DNA of 38,482 nucleotides from a virus: IMG/VR virus record IMGVR_UViG_3300045988_071605, positions 1 through 38,482 of that record; one strand, given 5' to 3'. The stretch's first letter is position 1. Every line of letters starts with the position of its first letter. Under the pieces are notes generated by a model. It saw nothing but the letters and a program-made list of their open reading frames with translations. It made no database searches and was not told the DNA's origin. The translations under genes were made by a program, and so were the position numbers. This document shows, in pieces, positions 1 through 8,404 of the stretch.

Positions 1-55
1 AAACTGAAGGCGTGATTTTTCGCGCCGTTCATTTCCATCAGTTGTGCGCACATTC
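1..55 (+). repeat. Terminal direct repeat, copy 1 (identical to 38428..38482)
   Basis: aaactgaaggcgtgatttttcgcgccgttcatttccatcagttgtgcgcacattc is found at both window ends. nt 1-15 repeat the 3' end of the integrase gene. Confidence 0.98.
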
Positions 56-63
56 AACCGCGC

Positions 64-261
64 ATGACTGATGGATATAATCAAAACAAGGAGCTGAAAC
101 CATTGAAAACGCTTGGATTGCTTGAAAAGCTGTTAGTCGCTGAAATGATAACCGAAGAGGAATACAAGGAGAGGAAAACGGTGTATGTTGAATCGCTGCT
201 TGAGCTGTACTGTTTGGGGATTATAACACAAGAACAGATGAATGAAAAGCTGAATAACTAA
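64..261 (+). CDS. Small SHOCT-like protein with two tandem SHOCT-type helices
   Basis: Motifs LLEKLLVAEMITEEEYKERK and LLELYCLGIITQEQMNEKL. There is no SD before ATG64; an in-frame TTG at 103 lies 9 nt after AAGGAG (88-93) and is an alternative start. An intrinsic terminator follows. Confidence 0.55.
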   Translation: MTDGYNQNKELKPLKTLGLLEKLLVAEMITEEEYKERKTVYVESLLELYCLGIITQEQMNEKLNN

Positions 262-267
262 AATACG

Positions 268-300
268 GGGAAGGGCAATTAGCCTTTCCCTTTTTATTTT
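268..300 (+). terminator. Rho-independent terminator after the SHOCT-like gene
   Basis: 9-bp stem GGGAAGGGC/GCCTTTCCC (one G-U pair), 5-nt loop, then TTTTTATTTT. Confidence 0.8.
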
Positions 301-371
301 GGGGCTTGTTTTTTCCGGTTTCGCATAATAGAATGATGTTGCCATATTTTAGCAGAAAGGAAGATATTTTC

Positions 372-911
372 ATGTCAGCGATTTTCGGCTTATCCGGTTT
401 TGTTGGAATCATTGTTTGCATTGTCTTGCTTGTAAAAAAGGCGAAGATGAAGAGACCAAAAAAGAAAACATTGATTGCATTGGCCGTATGCTTCGTACTG
501 TTTGTTTTGGGGCTTGTTTTGCCATCAAATAAAACGGACACACCGGAACCAACCGCACCGCCAGAAGCGACCGAAGCGCCCGCCGCTGAATCCTTTGAAT
601 TGATCGCCGGTGAACCCGGAGAATATGGGGAATTGTTTACAATCAACAAAGATACCGAGTTTGAAGAAACATATTACATTTATCGCATCCCTGCTGGATC
701 ATATACGGTTACTAATTCGGGCAAATATATGGATCAGTTTAACGTTATGGGGGAAACGGTTACCGTTACAGAAGAGGGATACGAAGAATTTTCTGATGTT
801 GTTTACGTTAAAGCCCTTGCCGCTGGTGAATCTGACACATTCACGATTGCAGACGGGCAGATAATTGAAATTCACGAACCGGGAAGATTTCTTCTTGAAA
901 AAACAGCATAA
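372..911 (+). CDS. Membrane protein with 2 TM helices, a Pro/Thr/Ala-rich linker and a ~115-aa beta-rich extracytoplasmic domain (moron)
   Basis: Start refined to ATG372, 8 nt after GAAAGGAAG. TM segments SAIFGLSGFVGIIVCIVLLV and TLIALAVCFVLFVLGLVLP; linker TDTPEPTAPPEATEAPAAE. It lies on the opposite strand to the late genes. Confidence 0.75.
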   Translation: MSAIFGLSGFVGIIVCIVLLVKKAKMKRPKKKTLIALAVCFVLFVLGLVLPSNKTDTPEPTAPPEATEAPAAESFELIAGEPGEYGELFTINKDTEFEETYYIYRIPAGSYTVTNSGKYMDQFNVMGETVTVTEEGYEEFSDVVYVKALAAGESDTFTIADGQIIEIHEPGRFLLEKTA

Positions 912-917
912 AAAAAT

Positions 918-945
918 AAGGGGAAGGCTCGCGCCTTCCCCTTTT
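918..945. terminator. Bidirectional intrinsic terminator between convergent genes
   Basis: AAGGGGAAGGC-tcgc-GCCTTCCCCTT hairpin (9-11 bp), with an A-run on one side and a T-run on the other. It abuts the stop at 909-911 (+) and the stop at 945-947 (-). Confidence 0.9.
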
Positions 946-2723
946 CATATGATGAACGATATATCTATTGGCAACCATGTATTATTCGGCGCGTCAGCCC
1001 ATGCAGAGCCGTTTCTATACCGGGCGAAGCGTACCAGCCCCGCAGCAGTAACGGTGCAAAGCCAAATTGCCGTACCGCTGCCCTGACAAATGAAATTGCC
1101 CTGCACTTCCGGTCTGTATCCTTCGGGAAGCGTCGTAATGGTCACGTTATCCGTGCCGCCCGTCAAGGTTGCCTTCGGCGTGACAACGCCCTTCAAATAG
1201 ACAACGCCGCCGACCTTCCTATATCGCAATGTGTTTCCGGCGTTTGCGGCGTATGTTTCAAAGTCGCTTGTGAGCTTTGCCGTTATCCATCCGGGATTTT
1301 CTGTTATTGAATACCCGTTGCGGAAGATGACCGGAAGGCCAAATTCTATACCTTCCGTAAGCTCTGACACCTTGCCGAAGGCCATTGCCCGACCGGAAGC
1401 ATTGAAGTCCAGCAGCGTGAACGCCGTGGGAATCTCCACGGTTTTTGTGACTGTGGTGAAGTAGTCCTTGACGGTCAGGCGCACGTCATAGGCAGAATCA
1501 GCGTTCAAGTCAGCGGCGGTTATCAACGTGGACGATAGCGTGTATCCCGTGCCATCCTTCAGCTTTATCCACTCGCTGGATGCCCGCGCCTTGTATTCCA
1601 GCGTATACTTGCTTGTGTTTTGGTTTGAAACAGGGGAGATATTGAAGCCGAAGCCAATTTTGCCGTGTGTGCCTTCATAGTTTTCCGTGCCGTCTGCCAA
1701 GCAGCGCACAGCGGATATTCCACGGATGACAGGCGCAGCATAGGCAATAACCGTCAGCGTCTTTGTGGCCTTTGCCGTGCGTCCACGACTGTCTGTAACG
1801 GTGATCGTGACGGATTTCGTGCCGCTGGACAGCGTACCGGTTACGGGCGCTGCGCCGGTGTAGCTCTTTCCGTCAACGGTCGTTTTGTATGCCTTGATGA
1901 TAGAGCCGTAAGCCCCCGCCGCCACAATGCCGATCTTGACCTTAGACTTTCCTTGCACAAAAGCGCCGAACTGCACCGCAAGCCCGGAAACTGTTTCCGT
2001 AATGGAAACGGTTGAAATTGTCGGGACAACAGCAGCCGGGACATTTGCCTTGAAGGATACCGTCTTTGTACCTATCAGCGTATTTTCGTTGTAGGTCTTG
2101 CAGGTGATTGTACATGTGCCGGACGTGCCGGACGGAATCTGACTTGCAAGGGAAAGGGGAACGTCCCAAGCCTTGCTTGTACCAAGGCCGCTGCCAATCG
2201 TGCCGGTTGCATTACCGAATTTATACGTCAGCGTGTGCGTAAAGGCGCTTGCCGCTCTTGGCATATTGATTGTGATACTCGATCCCATGTTCACGCTGCT
2301 TGCTGACAGCGTGGGCGTCGTGGCGCGTGGGATCGTGTCGAATGTGCCGCTGCCGGATGCCGTAACATCACCATAGTATGTACCGCCAAGCGTGACCTTG
2401 ATGCCGATGGTGGACGCGAAAGAACAAGCCTTGCTTCCGTCTGCGTTATGTGCTACGGTAACGGTTTTTGTGAATAGCGTTTTCGTCTGATTGCCGGACA
2501 GGGAAGCGGAGAAGGAGAACGTGTATTTTGTGCCGTTGATCGTCAGGCTTCCGCTCTTGCTCGCGCTGCTGTTGATGGTGTAGCTTGCGCCGGTTGACAC
2601 AAGCTGCACCTTGACCGTTACGCTGGAAGTGTTGTTTGCCGCAGACTGACTGCCAACCGTCCAGACGATTTTCATCTGATAGCCTGTCCGGATCGCCTTT
2701 GTTATCGTTCCTGATTTAGCCAT
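945..2723 (-). CDS. Tail fibre / receptor-binding protein (DUF859-like siphovirus N-terminal region, Ser/Thr/Gly-rich beta repeats)
   Basis: 592-aa ORF and the last gene of the tail operon. Repetitive T/S/G-rich beta-strand composition. The N-terminus (KIVWTVGSQSAANNTSSVTVKVQL...) resembles the DUF859 family. Confidence 0.75.
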   Translation of the reverse strand: MAKSGTITKAIRTGYQMKIVWTVGSQSAANNTSSVTVKVQLVSTGASYTINSSASKSGSLTINGTKYTFSFSASLSGNQTKTLFTKTVTVAHNADGSKACSFASTIGIKVTLGGTYYGDVTASGSGTFDTIPRATTPTLSASSVNMGSSITINMPRAASAFTHTLTYKFGNATGTIGSGLGTSKAWDVPLSLASQIPSGTSGTCTITCKTYNENTLIGTKTVSFKANVPAAVVPTISTVSITETVSGLAVQFGAFVQGKSKVKIGIVAAGAYGSIIKAYKTTVDGKSYTGAAPVTGTLSSGTKSVTITVTDSRGRTAKATKTLTVIAYAAPVIRGISAVRCLADGTENYEGTHGKIGFGFNISPVSNQNTSKYTLEYKARASSEWIKLKDGTGYTLSSTLITAADLNADSAYDVRLTVKDYFTTVTKTVEIPTAFTLLDFNASGRAMAFGKVSELTEGIEFGLPVIFRNGYSITENPGWITAKLTSDFETYAANAGNTLRYRKVGGVVYLKGVVTPKATLTGGTDNVTITTLPEGYRPEVQGNFICQGSGTAIWLCTVTAAGLVRFARYRNGSAWADAPNNTWLPIDISFII

Positions 2724-2734
2724 ACCAGCGCCCC

Positions 2735-4345
2735 CTAAAGCGATAGCTTTTTGAATGACAGGTTGCCGTTTGCGCGGGGAATGAAAGCGAAATCGCCGAG
2801 CTGTAACGAATGGATAAAATGCCCGTCCGTGACGTATAGCTTATTGTCCGAGAAATACGCCACTTCAACGGCGTCCTGAAGAAAAGAAATCCGGTCGTTG
2901 CTAATTTTCAATTCAAGCTCATTTCCGACCTGTCCGAGCAGAATAGAGCCGTCCACAAAGCGGATATACTTCCGTATCTCTTCAAACTCTGCATCCGTAC
3001 CAGCCGCTACCGCTTCGATGTCGGCGCTGAACTGGTTGAACTGGATTTCAACGCTTTCCTTCGTCTGCTCAATCTGCGTACTGACAGAGGAAACAAGAGC
3101 GTCCGTATCGTCTTTCAGATAGTAGTTTTCCGCAACGGTTGACTTGATGTTTTCTTCGGACACCTGCAAGGATGCAAGCAAATTCTGTTCCACGTTGTAA
3201 ATGGCCGTAGAAGCCGTTTTAGACGCATTTTCTATTTGCAGTATAATTTCCCCTTGTGCATCGGAAAGCCCCGCAAGCGCCCCGGAAATGCCCTCTAATG
3301 CGCCGCCAAGCGTCAACTTGTTTGCGCCCGGCTCTAACAACTTCAAAGACAGCTTTGTCACAAGAAAATTCTGGTCTATCCCGTGCGGATTGCTTGTAAC
3401 TTTGACGTATGTTCCAAGGTGGAAACTGCTGAAGGAAGCGTCAACGGCCGCAAGGTCAGCCGCTGTCAGCTCTATGGTTTCCGGCTGGTTGACAAGGCCG
3501 GAAATGTATGCTTGTCCCTTTGCCAGAAGGTTTGACGCTTCGGTCACGTCATCCCATGTATGCGTGGCAAAAATAAGACCGTATTTGTCAGCGGCTTCCT
3601 CATCGACGATATAATCAAGGCCGTCATTGACGGCGGCAACCGTCAGGCGGTTGTCTGTGTCCTTTCCTTCACCGTCCTTCAGCTTTGCGCCAAGCGGAAA
3701 AAGCGCCGTTGCGATGTCTGCGCCTTTCCTGATCCGCTTCAGGTCAAGAAGATTCTTTCCGAAGGTGATCTTCTGCGGAGAAAGCAGCGTGAAATCTTGC
3801 AGATAATCAATGTAGTTGATATAGCCTTCATGCCGGATGACGATATAGCCGCCGAGCAGGTCAATCAGCTTCTTTTGCACTTCCGTCCATGTATCAACAT
3901 AGTCAATATTGGAACGGACGATATAATCATTCGGATCGGTGACAGTCACATTCCCGACCGTGAACCATTTTGATTCTTCCACCTGTGCATTATGGTTATC
4001 TATCAGCAGATTCAGGAAGCCGGAAACCGTCCCGGAATAGTCATAAGGGCGCTGGATGCTGTCCAACAGGAAAGCAAGCTCGCCCTCGCAGGTCACATGC
4101 TTTTCGTTGTAGAAGCCTATTTCAATGTCAAGAACGCGCCCACGGAAGATTAAATAATCATCCTGATAAATCGTGATGATCGACCGCAGCTTTTTTATTG
4201 CGCTGTACTGTGGATGACCGGGATAAACTGTGAATTGAAAGCTGCCGGTCTTGTTCAGCTCCAATTCCAAGGACGGATTGAAGATTTTCAGGCTTTCAAG
4301 GCTGCTGTTATACAGCGTCGCGCCGTCACAATATACCCTGTACAT
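2735..4345 (-). CDS. Tal-like minor structural protein (prophage endopeptidase-tail / TIGR01665-like N-terminus, C-terminal coiled coil), copy B
   Basis: Start refined to ATG4345, 2 nt after the upstream stop. N-terminus MYRVYCDGATLYNSSLESLKIFNPSLELELNKTGSFQFTV... is typical of siphovirus Tal/antireceptor N-domains. Confidence 0.85.
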   Translation of the reverse strand: MYRVYCDGATLYNSSLESLKIFNPSLELELNKTGSFQFTVYPGHPQYSAIKKLRSIITIYQDDYLIFRGRVLDIEIGFYNEKHVTCEGELAFLLDSIQRPYDYSGTVSGFLNLLIDNHNAQVEESKWFTVGNVTVTDPNDYIVRSNIDYVDTWTEVQKKLIDLLGGYIVIRHEGYINYIDYLQDFTLLSPQKITFGKNLLDLKRIRKGADIATALFPLGAKLKDGEGKDTDNRLTVAAVNDGLDYIVDEEAADKYGLIFATHTWDDVTEASNLLAKGQAYISGLVNQPETIELTAADLAAVDASFSSFHLGTYVKVTSNPHGIDQNFLVTKLSLKLLEPGANKLTLGGALEGISGALAGLSDAQGEIILQIENASKTASTAIYNVEQNLLASLQVSEENIKSTVAENYYLKDDTDALVSSVSTQIEQTKESVEIQFNQFSADIEAVAAGTDAEFEEIRKYIRFVDGSILLGQVGNELELKISNDRISFLQDAVEVAYFSDNKLYVTDGHFIHSLQLGDFAFIPRANGNLSFKKLSL

Positions 4346-4347
4346 AA

Positions 4348-4995
4348 TCACAGCCCCGCTTCCTGATAGGAAAAGGAAATCGTTCCTTCTCCGGTGACGG
4401 AAACGCTGTTGTTTCCGGCCTTCAGTTCCAGTTCCGGCAATGTGTAGCTGCCGCTGCCCAAGTCCCAAATGTTGTATGTTTCATAGACGATATGCAGGGC
4501 GCTGTCTGCCGTGATCGTCACCAATGGCACAACGCGCTTTCGGAGATTCGGCAGGGAAATCACGCTTTCGCCGTTCACCGCCTGTGTGACAACTGTTTTT
4601 TCCGCTTTGTACTTCCACGGCTCGCACTCGCATTCCACGCTTATTTTGCCGATGTTCTTTTCATTCGTGAAAGATGAAACGAAGCACCGCCCGACATAGT
4701 AAAAAAGCGGATCACCGTCTAAGATGATCCGCTGCATTTTGCCGTGTATCGCGTTTTTGATGGTTGAAAAAAGTGTAAGGAATTCGCTTTGTGGCACTAT
4801 CGTTGAAAACTTGAATTTGTGCGTGACGTTTTCGTATTTCGGTTCGCCGAAAAACTCTGTCAGGTCAAGCGCCCCGTCTGCACCGGGAACGTCAATTTCA
4901 ATCGTTTTCACCTTCGGGGCTGCAATTTCCTTCGATGTCAAAAGCAGATTGAAATCTTTGTAGCTGTGATATGTGCCAAAAGTGATTCCTTTCAT
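4348..4995 (-). CDS. Distal tail protein (Dit)-like, copy B
   Basis: N-terminus MKGITFGTYHSYKDFNLLLTSKEIAAPKVKTIEIDVPGADGALDLTEFFG matches the phage tail component N-terminal (Sipho_tail) pattern. RBS AAGGGGG. Confidence 0.85.
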   Translation of the reverse strand: MKGITFGTYHSYKDFNLLLTSKEIAAPKVKTIEIDVPGADGALDLTEFFGEPKYENVTHKFKFSTIVPQSEFLTLFSTIKNAIHGKMQRIILDGDPLFYYVGRCFVSSFTNEKNIGKISVECECEPWKYKAEKTVVTQAVNGESVISLPNLRKRVVPLVTITADSALHIVYETYNIWDLGSGSYTLPELELKAGNNSVSVTGEGTISFSYQEAGL

Positions 4996-5006
4996 GTTTT
5001 ACCCCC

Positions 5007-5633
5007 TTAAGCCGCTTCTCTGTTTCCGAGATACCATTCGGTGACTACGATTTTATTCGTATTGCCGTACACGGCAAGCCTTGCCTTCCGGGCTGAATTG
5101 TAGGTATACGTCAAGCTAACTGTAGCATTTGCTTTTAGGTCTTCAGCATCTCCCCCAGAATAGTTCTTGTAAGAGGAATAAAGCAAGTCGCAGTATGAAC
5201 CACCAACAGCCGTAGTACATTTAGCCGATACTTTGGTATCCTGTGAGCAATCAATATCGCTTGAACACGCGCCCCAGTCCTGATAGCCGCCTTGGAACGT
5301 GAGTGTGTTGTCCTGAAACGTCAACGTACCATAACCATCATATTTCGTAATTTCACCATTGATAGCGCCGTACCAGTAGATATAATGATCCGGGCGAAGA
5401 CGAACGGTCGTCGTAGTATCATTTATAGACTTAGAAATAGCCATACCCGACATTCCAGCAGTAAAGGTGTACGCGCCTTTCTTCAGTTCAACTATACCTT
5501 CTCCATTGGACGAAAGAGTTATTGTTCCTGTTTCTGTTCCGGCATAAGAAACAACTTCATTCGCTCCGCCGTAAATCGTAACTGCAACTTTTCGTCCGCC
5601 ACCAGCGCCGCCGACATTTGTTCTACCTATCAT
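5007..5633 (-). CDS. Tail-tip accessory / fibre protein (Gly-rich N-terminus MIGRTNVGGAGGG, Cys-containing beta domain)
   Basis: Start refined to ATG5633, after GGAAGGGG. Located within the tail-tip gene block. Confidence 0.65.
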   Translation of the reverse strand: MIGRTNVGGAGGGRKVAVTIYGGANEVVSYAGTETGTITLSSNGEGIVELKKGAYTFTAGMSGMAISKSINDTTTTVRLRPDHYIYWYGAINGEITKYDGYGTLTFQDNTLTFQGGYQDWGACSSDIDCSQDTKVSAKCTTAVGGSYCDLLYSSYKNYSGGDAEDLKANATVSLTYTYNSARKARLAVYGNTNKIVVTEWYLGNREAA

Positions 5634-5635
5634 TT

Positions 5636-6526
5636 TCAATTCCCCTTCCAGCAAAGTATTGTCGGAATTGTGATTGCAGCTTCCGGCGCTTCCGACGCAT
5701 AAAGATAAACGCCGCCGTTGTAGGTTTCAGCGCACGGCGCAAAAATTCCGCTCATGGCATCCACGACGCCGAAAACGACTTCGGGAATCATGCTGGACGT
5801 TACGCCGGTAAGCGCCACCGCCGCCCGATACGGAAAATCTTCATATGTCGAATCGGCGACGAAGGAAGCAACGGGGACAGCCGTGTTAATGAACTGAAGC
5901 TTTTTCAGCTCAACCGCCGTCCCGGCTTCGAGCTGCGCAAGCTCCGCCTGTATGGACGCGAGAAGCGCCGTAAACTGTCCCTGAATCGTGGTGGTGTCAA
6001 TGGACAGCGTATCGGTCACAAGACCGCAGACGGAAGCGTCAAGGCGTTCGTCCGTAATCATGGAAGCCGTGATCGCCGTTGTACCGGCAGCGACGGAAAT
6101 CTGCGCAAGGCTGATCTGCCGCTTCGTGCCGCTGTTGGTCAGTGCCGGAGCTGCCGCCGTGCTGGACGCCGTGCCTTTCAGGATTTTGATTTCCGGGCGG
6201 TCAACGTAGTTCGTCGTTTTCCACTCGACAATAACGCGGTCAATGCGGTTCAGAACGCCGTCCGCTGCGTCAATGGCAAGCAGCAACTTTGCGCCGTTGA
6301 CGCTCTCTTCGTCGTTCCACCAGACGACACCGTCACCGGCTGCGTTTGCCATCCATCCCGTACCGTCCGAGACTGTGACAGACATTTCCGGCGTTGCAAG
6401 CGCGGCAACCGCCGCATTCCCGGACGCGGCGAAAACGCCGGATGTCCGTCCGTGCAGCCAGCGCATGACATCTTCTGCGCCGCTGTATTCGTCCTGATTG
6501 TTCGGGAAACTTTTAATTTCAGCCAT
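5636..6526 (-). CDS. Tail fibre / baseplate protein with a central coiled-coil-like segment
   Basis: 296 aa. Segment DTLSIDTTTIQGQFTALLASIQAELAQLEAG is typical of a trimeric fibre neck. Position is downstream of Tal-like copy A. Confidence 0.7.
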   Translation of the reverse strand: MAEIKSFPNNQDEYSGAEDVMRWLHGRTSGVFAASGNAAVAALATPEMSVTVSDGTGWMANAAGDGVVWWNDEESVNGAKLLLAIDAADGVLNRIDRVIVEWKTTNYVDRPEIKILKGTASSTAAAPALTNSGTKRQISLAQISVAAGTTAITASMITDERLDASVCGLVTDTLSIDTTTIQGQFTALLASIQAELAQLEAGTAVELKKLQFINTAVPVASFVADSTYEDFPYRAAVALTGVTSSMIPEVVFGVVDAMSGIFAPCAETYNGGVYLYASEAPEAAITIPTILCWKGN

Positions 6527-7544
6527 TTAATTTCAACTCCCCCAAAGCAGTTAATATTGGATCGCCCAAAATGATTTCGGTGCTTGTGCTGTTCGCGTCC
6601 ATTTTATATTTAACCCCGGTAATCCGGGCATTGAAGGACACGCCGAAGCGCACGGACACGCAAGAAACGATGTCGCCGAGATTGTAGGCAACGCCGAGAT
6701 CGGCGCTGTCAATCGCAACGGAAAAGGACTTGCGCCGAATGCGCTTGCCCAGCTCCATTGTCGCATAGGCTCGCGCACGGGCTTTGCAGTCATCGGCGCT
6801 TTCGTCATCTTCCTGCCGGACATTGGTGTCCAGCCAGACTTCGCGGCGCGTGTCGCCGGTCGCCGTGCCGACCTCTTCCACAAAGGCAACATCGTTTTTC
6901 AGCGTACCTGTGGCATAGGCAAAGTTTTTCAGCGTGGAATCATCGTCGTTTATGACAAGCTCCTGCGCCGTGCCTTGCTCTTCGGAAAAGACAACCGCGT
7001 GGATGCCGTCCGTCAGGTCTGCGCCCTTGTAGATTTGGAATGTGTGGGAAAGCGTCTCTGCATCCCACACCATTTTCTGACCCAGCCCGGCTTCTTCCAG
7101 ATAGGGCATAATCTCATCCAGAAGCTGACCGCCTTTCAGGATCGCGTCTGTGGCTTCTGTAAACCCTGTAGCAGCCGCCGTTGCAAGCCGCGACATATTC
7201 CGAAGGTTCGCATTGATAAGCGCGTACACGCCCGTTTCCAGCGTTGTCAGGTGGTATTCGGAAGCAATGCAGCGCTTGTTCAGCAGCCAGTTTGCCGTAT
7301 AGCCGTTCGCCGTGATTCTGTTTTCATCCGTGTCGTGCTTCGTGTTTACGATGATGTACGTAACACCGCGTTTCGTGTCGAAAAGCATATTGCCGACTTG
7401 CAGCGCCTTGATGTTATAGTCATTTACCGGCGCAACAAGCGTCAGCTTTCCAATGTCGTTGTAGTAAACGGACATCTGGACGGAAACCGCGTGCTTCAGC
7501 TCGTAGCGTGTGGAGAAGTCCGAAGGATAGATTTCAAGGCTCAT
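6519..7544 (-). CDS. Siphovirus Gp37-like (ReqiPepy6 Gp37 family) tail protein in the Tal position, copy A
   Basis: N-terminus MSLEIYPSDFSTRYELKHAVSVQMSVYYNDIGKLTLVAP... resembles the Sipho_Gp37 family. It follows a Dit-like gene with a 4-nt overlap. Confidence 0.75.
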   Translation of the reverse strand: MSLEIYPSDFSTRYELKHAVSVQMSVYYNDIGKLTLVAPVNDYNIKALQVGNMLFDTKRGVTYIIVNTKHDTDENRITANGYTANWLLNKRCIASEYHLTTLETGVYALINANLRNMSRLATAAATGFTEATDAILKGGQLLDEIMPYLEEAGLGQKMVWDAETLSHTFQIYKGADLTDGIHAVVFSEEQGTAQELVINDDDSTLKNFAYATGTLKNDVAFVEEVGTATGDTRREVWLDTNVRQEDDESADDCKARARAYATMELGKRIRRKSFSVAIDSADLGVAYNLGDIVSCVSVRFGVSFNARITGVKYKMDANSTSTEIILGDPILTALGELKLNG

Positions 7545-8404
7545 AGCGCAATCCCCACAATTTCTGTTGCAAAGTCAACGTCCACCTGAAGGTTTTCCAG
7601 CCCGGACGCTGCTTCCGGCTTCAGAACGTTGTCCCCGACATCCAGCCGGAACAGGTTGCTTGTCAGAGACAGAGCGCCCCGGCAGTCTCCGTCCACGGAT
7701 GACGTTACATAGGTTCTTTCATGCGTGATCTCCACGACAAGCCTTTCACCGCTGACAAGCGTTTTCTTGATGAGCAGGAATTTTCCGGTCGTGGCGTTCG
7801 TGATCTTCGGGTTTTCGACTTCGCCCTTGGCAACAAAGGTTGCCGTGAACGGAATAGGCACTTGCCCACGGTTCGCAACGTTCATAAACTGCGTCTGCAT
7901 GAGCTGTCCAAAGCGGTACGTCTTTGAAAAATTGCACGGCAGTCTAAAGAGCTTCTGAACGCCGGAAAGCGTGGCGCTTGCGGAATCATCCTTGCACCAA
8001 TACGGATACGCCGCCAGAAGCGAAAGCTGAAACTGTGCAAGCTGTCGCTTCGGCTCAATGACCGGCGTCGCCGTTGGATAAACGGACAGATAATAGTCAT
8101 CGGCATAGAGCTTGCCGCCGATGTCCGGGCGCACGACAGAAAGCAGCTTGTCTTTGTTTACTGTCTGCGCGTCGCCGACAAGATAGCCCGTGATCGTCAC
8201 CGGGCGCGGCTGAATGTTGGTGCTTTGGATCGTCGCGCCGACTTGGTCAATGCCCTGCGCCTGTGACAGATTGATGGACAGCGTATCAATGCCGGAAGGC
8301 TTATTGATGAGAAAGCCCCCGGCATAGTCAAACGTTATGCTGTCGCCGTTATCGTTCACATAGCGGAACAGCTTAGAAAGATTGTTGAAATTCAAATTGC
8401 CCAC
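7541..8404 (-). CDS. Distal tail protein (Dit)-like phage tail family protein, copy A
   Basis: 287 aa, immediately after a tape-measure gene. Sipho_tail-like pattern (ITFDYAGGFLINKPSGID ... PVTITGYLVGD). Confidence 0.8.
   Translation of the reverse strand: MGNLNFNNLSKLFRYVNDNGDSITFDYAGGFLINKPSGIDTLSINLSQAQGIDQVGATIQSTNIQPRPVTITGYLVGDAQTVNKDKLLSVVRPDIGGKLYADDYYLSVYPTATPVIEPKRQLAQFQLSLLAAYPYWCKDDSASATLSGVQKLFRLPCNFSKTYRFGQLMQTQFMNVANRGQVPIPFTATFVAKGEVENPKITNATTGKFLLIKKTLVSGERLVVEITHERTYVTSSVDGDCRGALSLTSNLFRLDVGDNVLKPEAASGLENLQVDVDFATEIVGIAL

Noticed and set aside
1-55. Terminal 55-nt repeats as attL/attR or as physical direct terminal repeats of the virion DNA
   Set aside because: The repeat contains the 3' end and stop of the integrase ORF. 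No host sequence flanks either copy. A length of exactly 55 nt fits a k-mer overlap from circular assembly. A PBSX-type TerL also suggests headful packaging rather than fixed DTR ends.
945-2723. Diversity-generating retroelement or other hypervariation system targeting the receptor-binding protein; also tRNA, tmRNA and CRISPR elements anywhere in the window
   Set aside because: There is no reverse transcriptase gene, and no template/variable repeat pair is visible near the 3' end of the fibre genes. No cloverleaf-like sequence (for example a GGTTCGAATCC-type T-arm) and no regular repeat-spacer array was seen in any intergenic region.
4346-4468. N-terminal extensions of track ORFs: 2735..4468, 28993..29631, 30153..30845, 26641..27039, 36037..36756, 306..911, 5007..5654, 17907..18170
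   Set aside because: The extensions overlap the preceding gene or lack an SD, and they translate to Arg/Gly-rich sequence. In each case an internal ATG with a good RBS coincides with the start of the recognisable domain.
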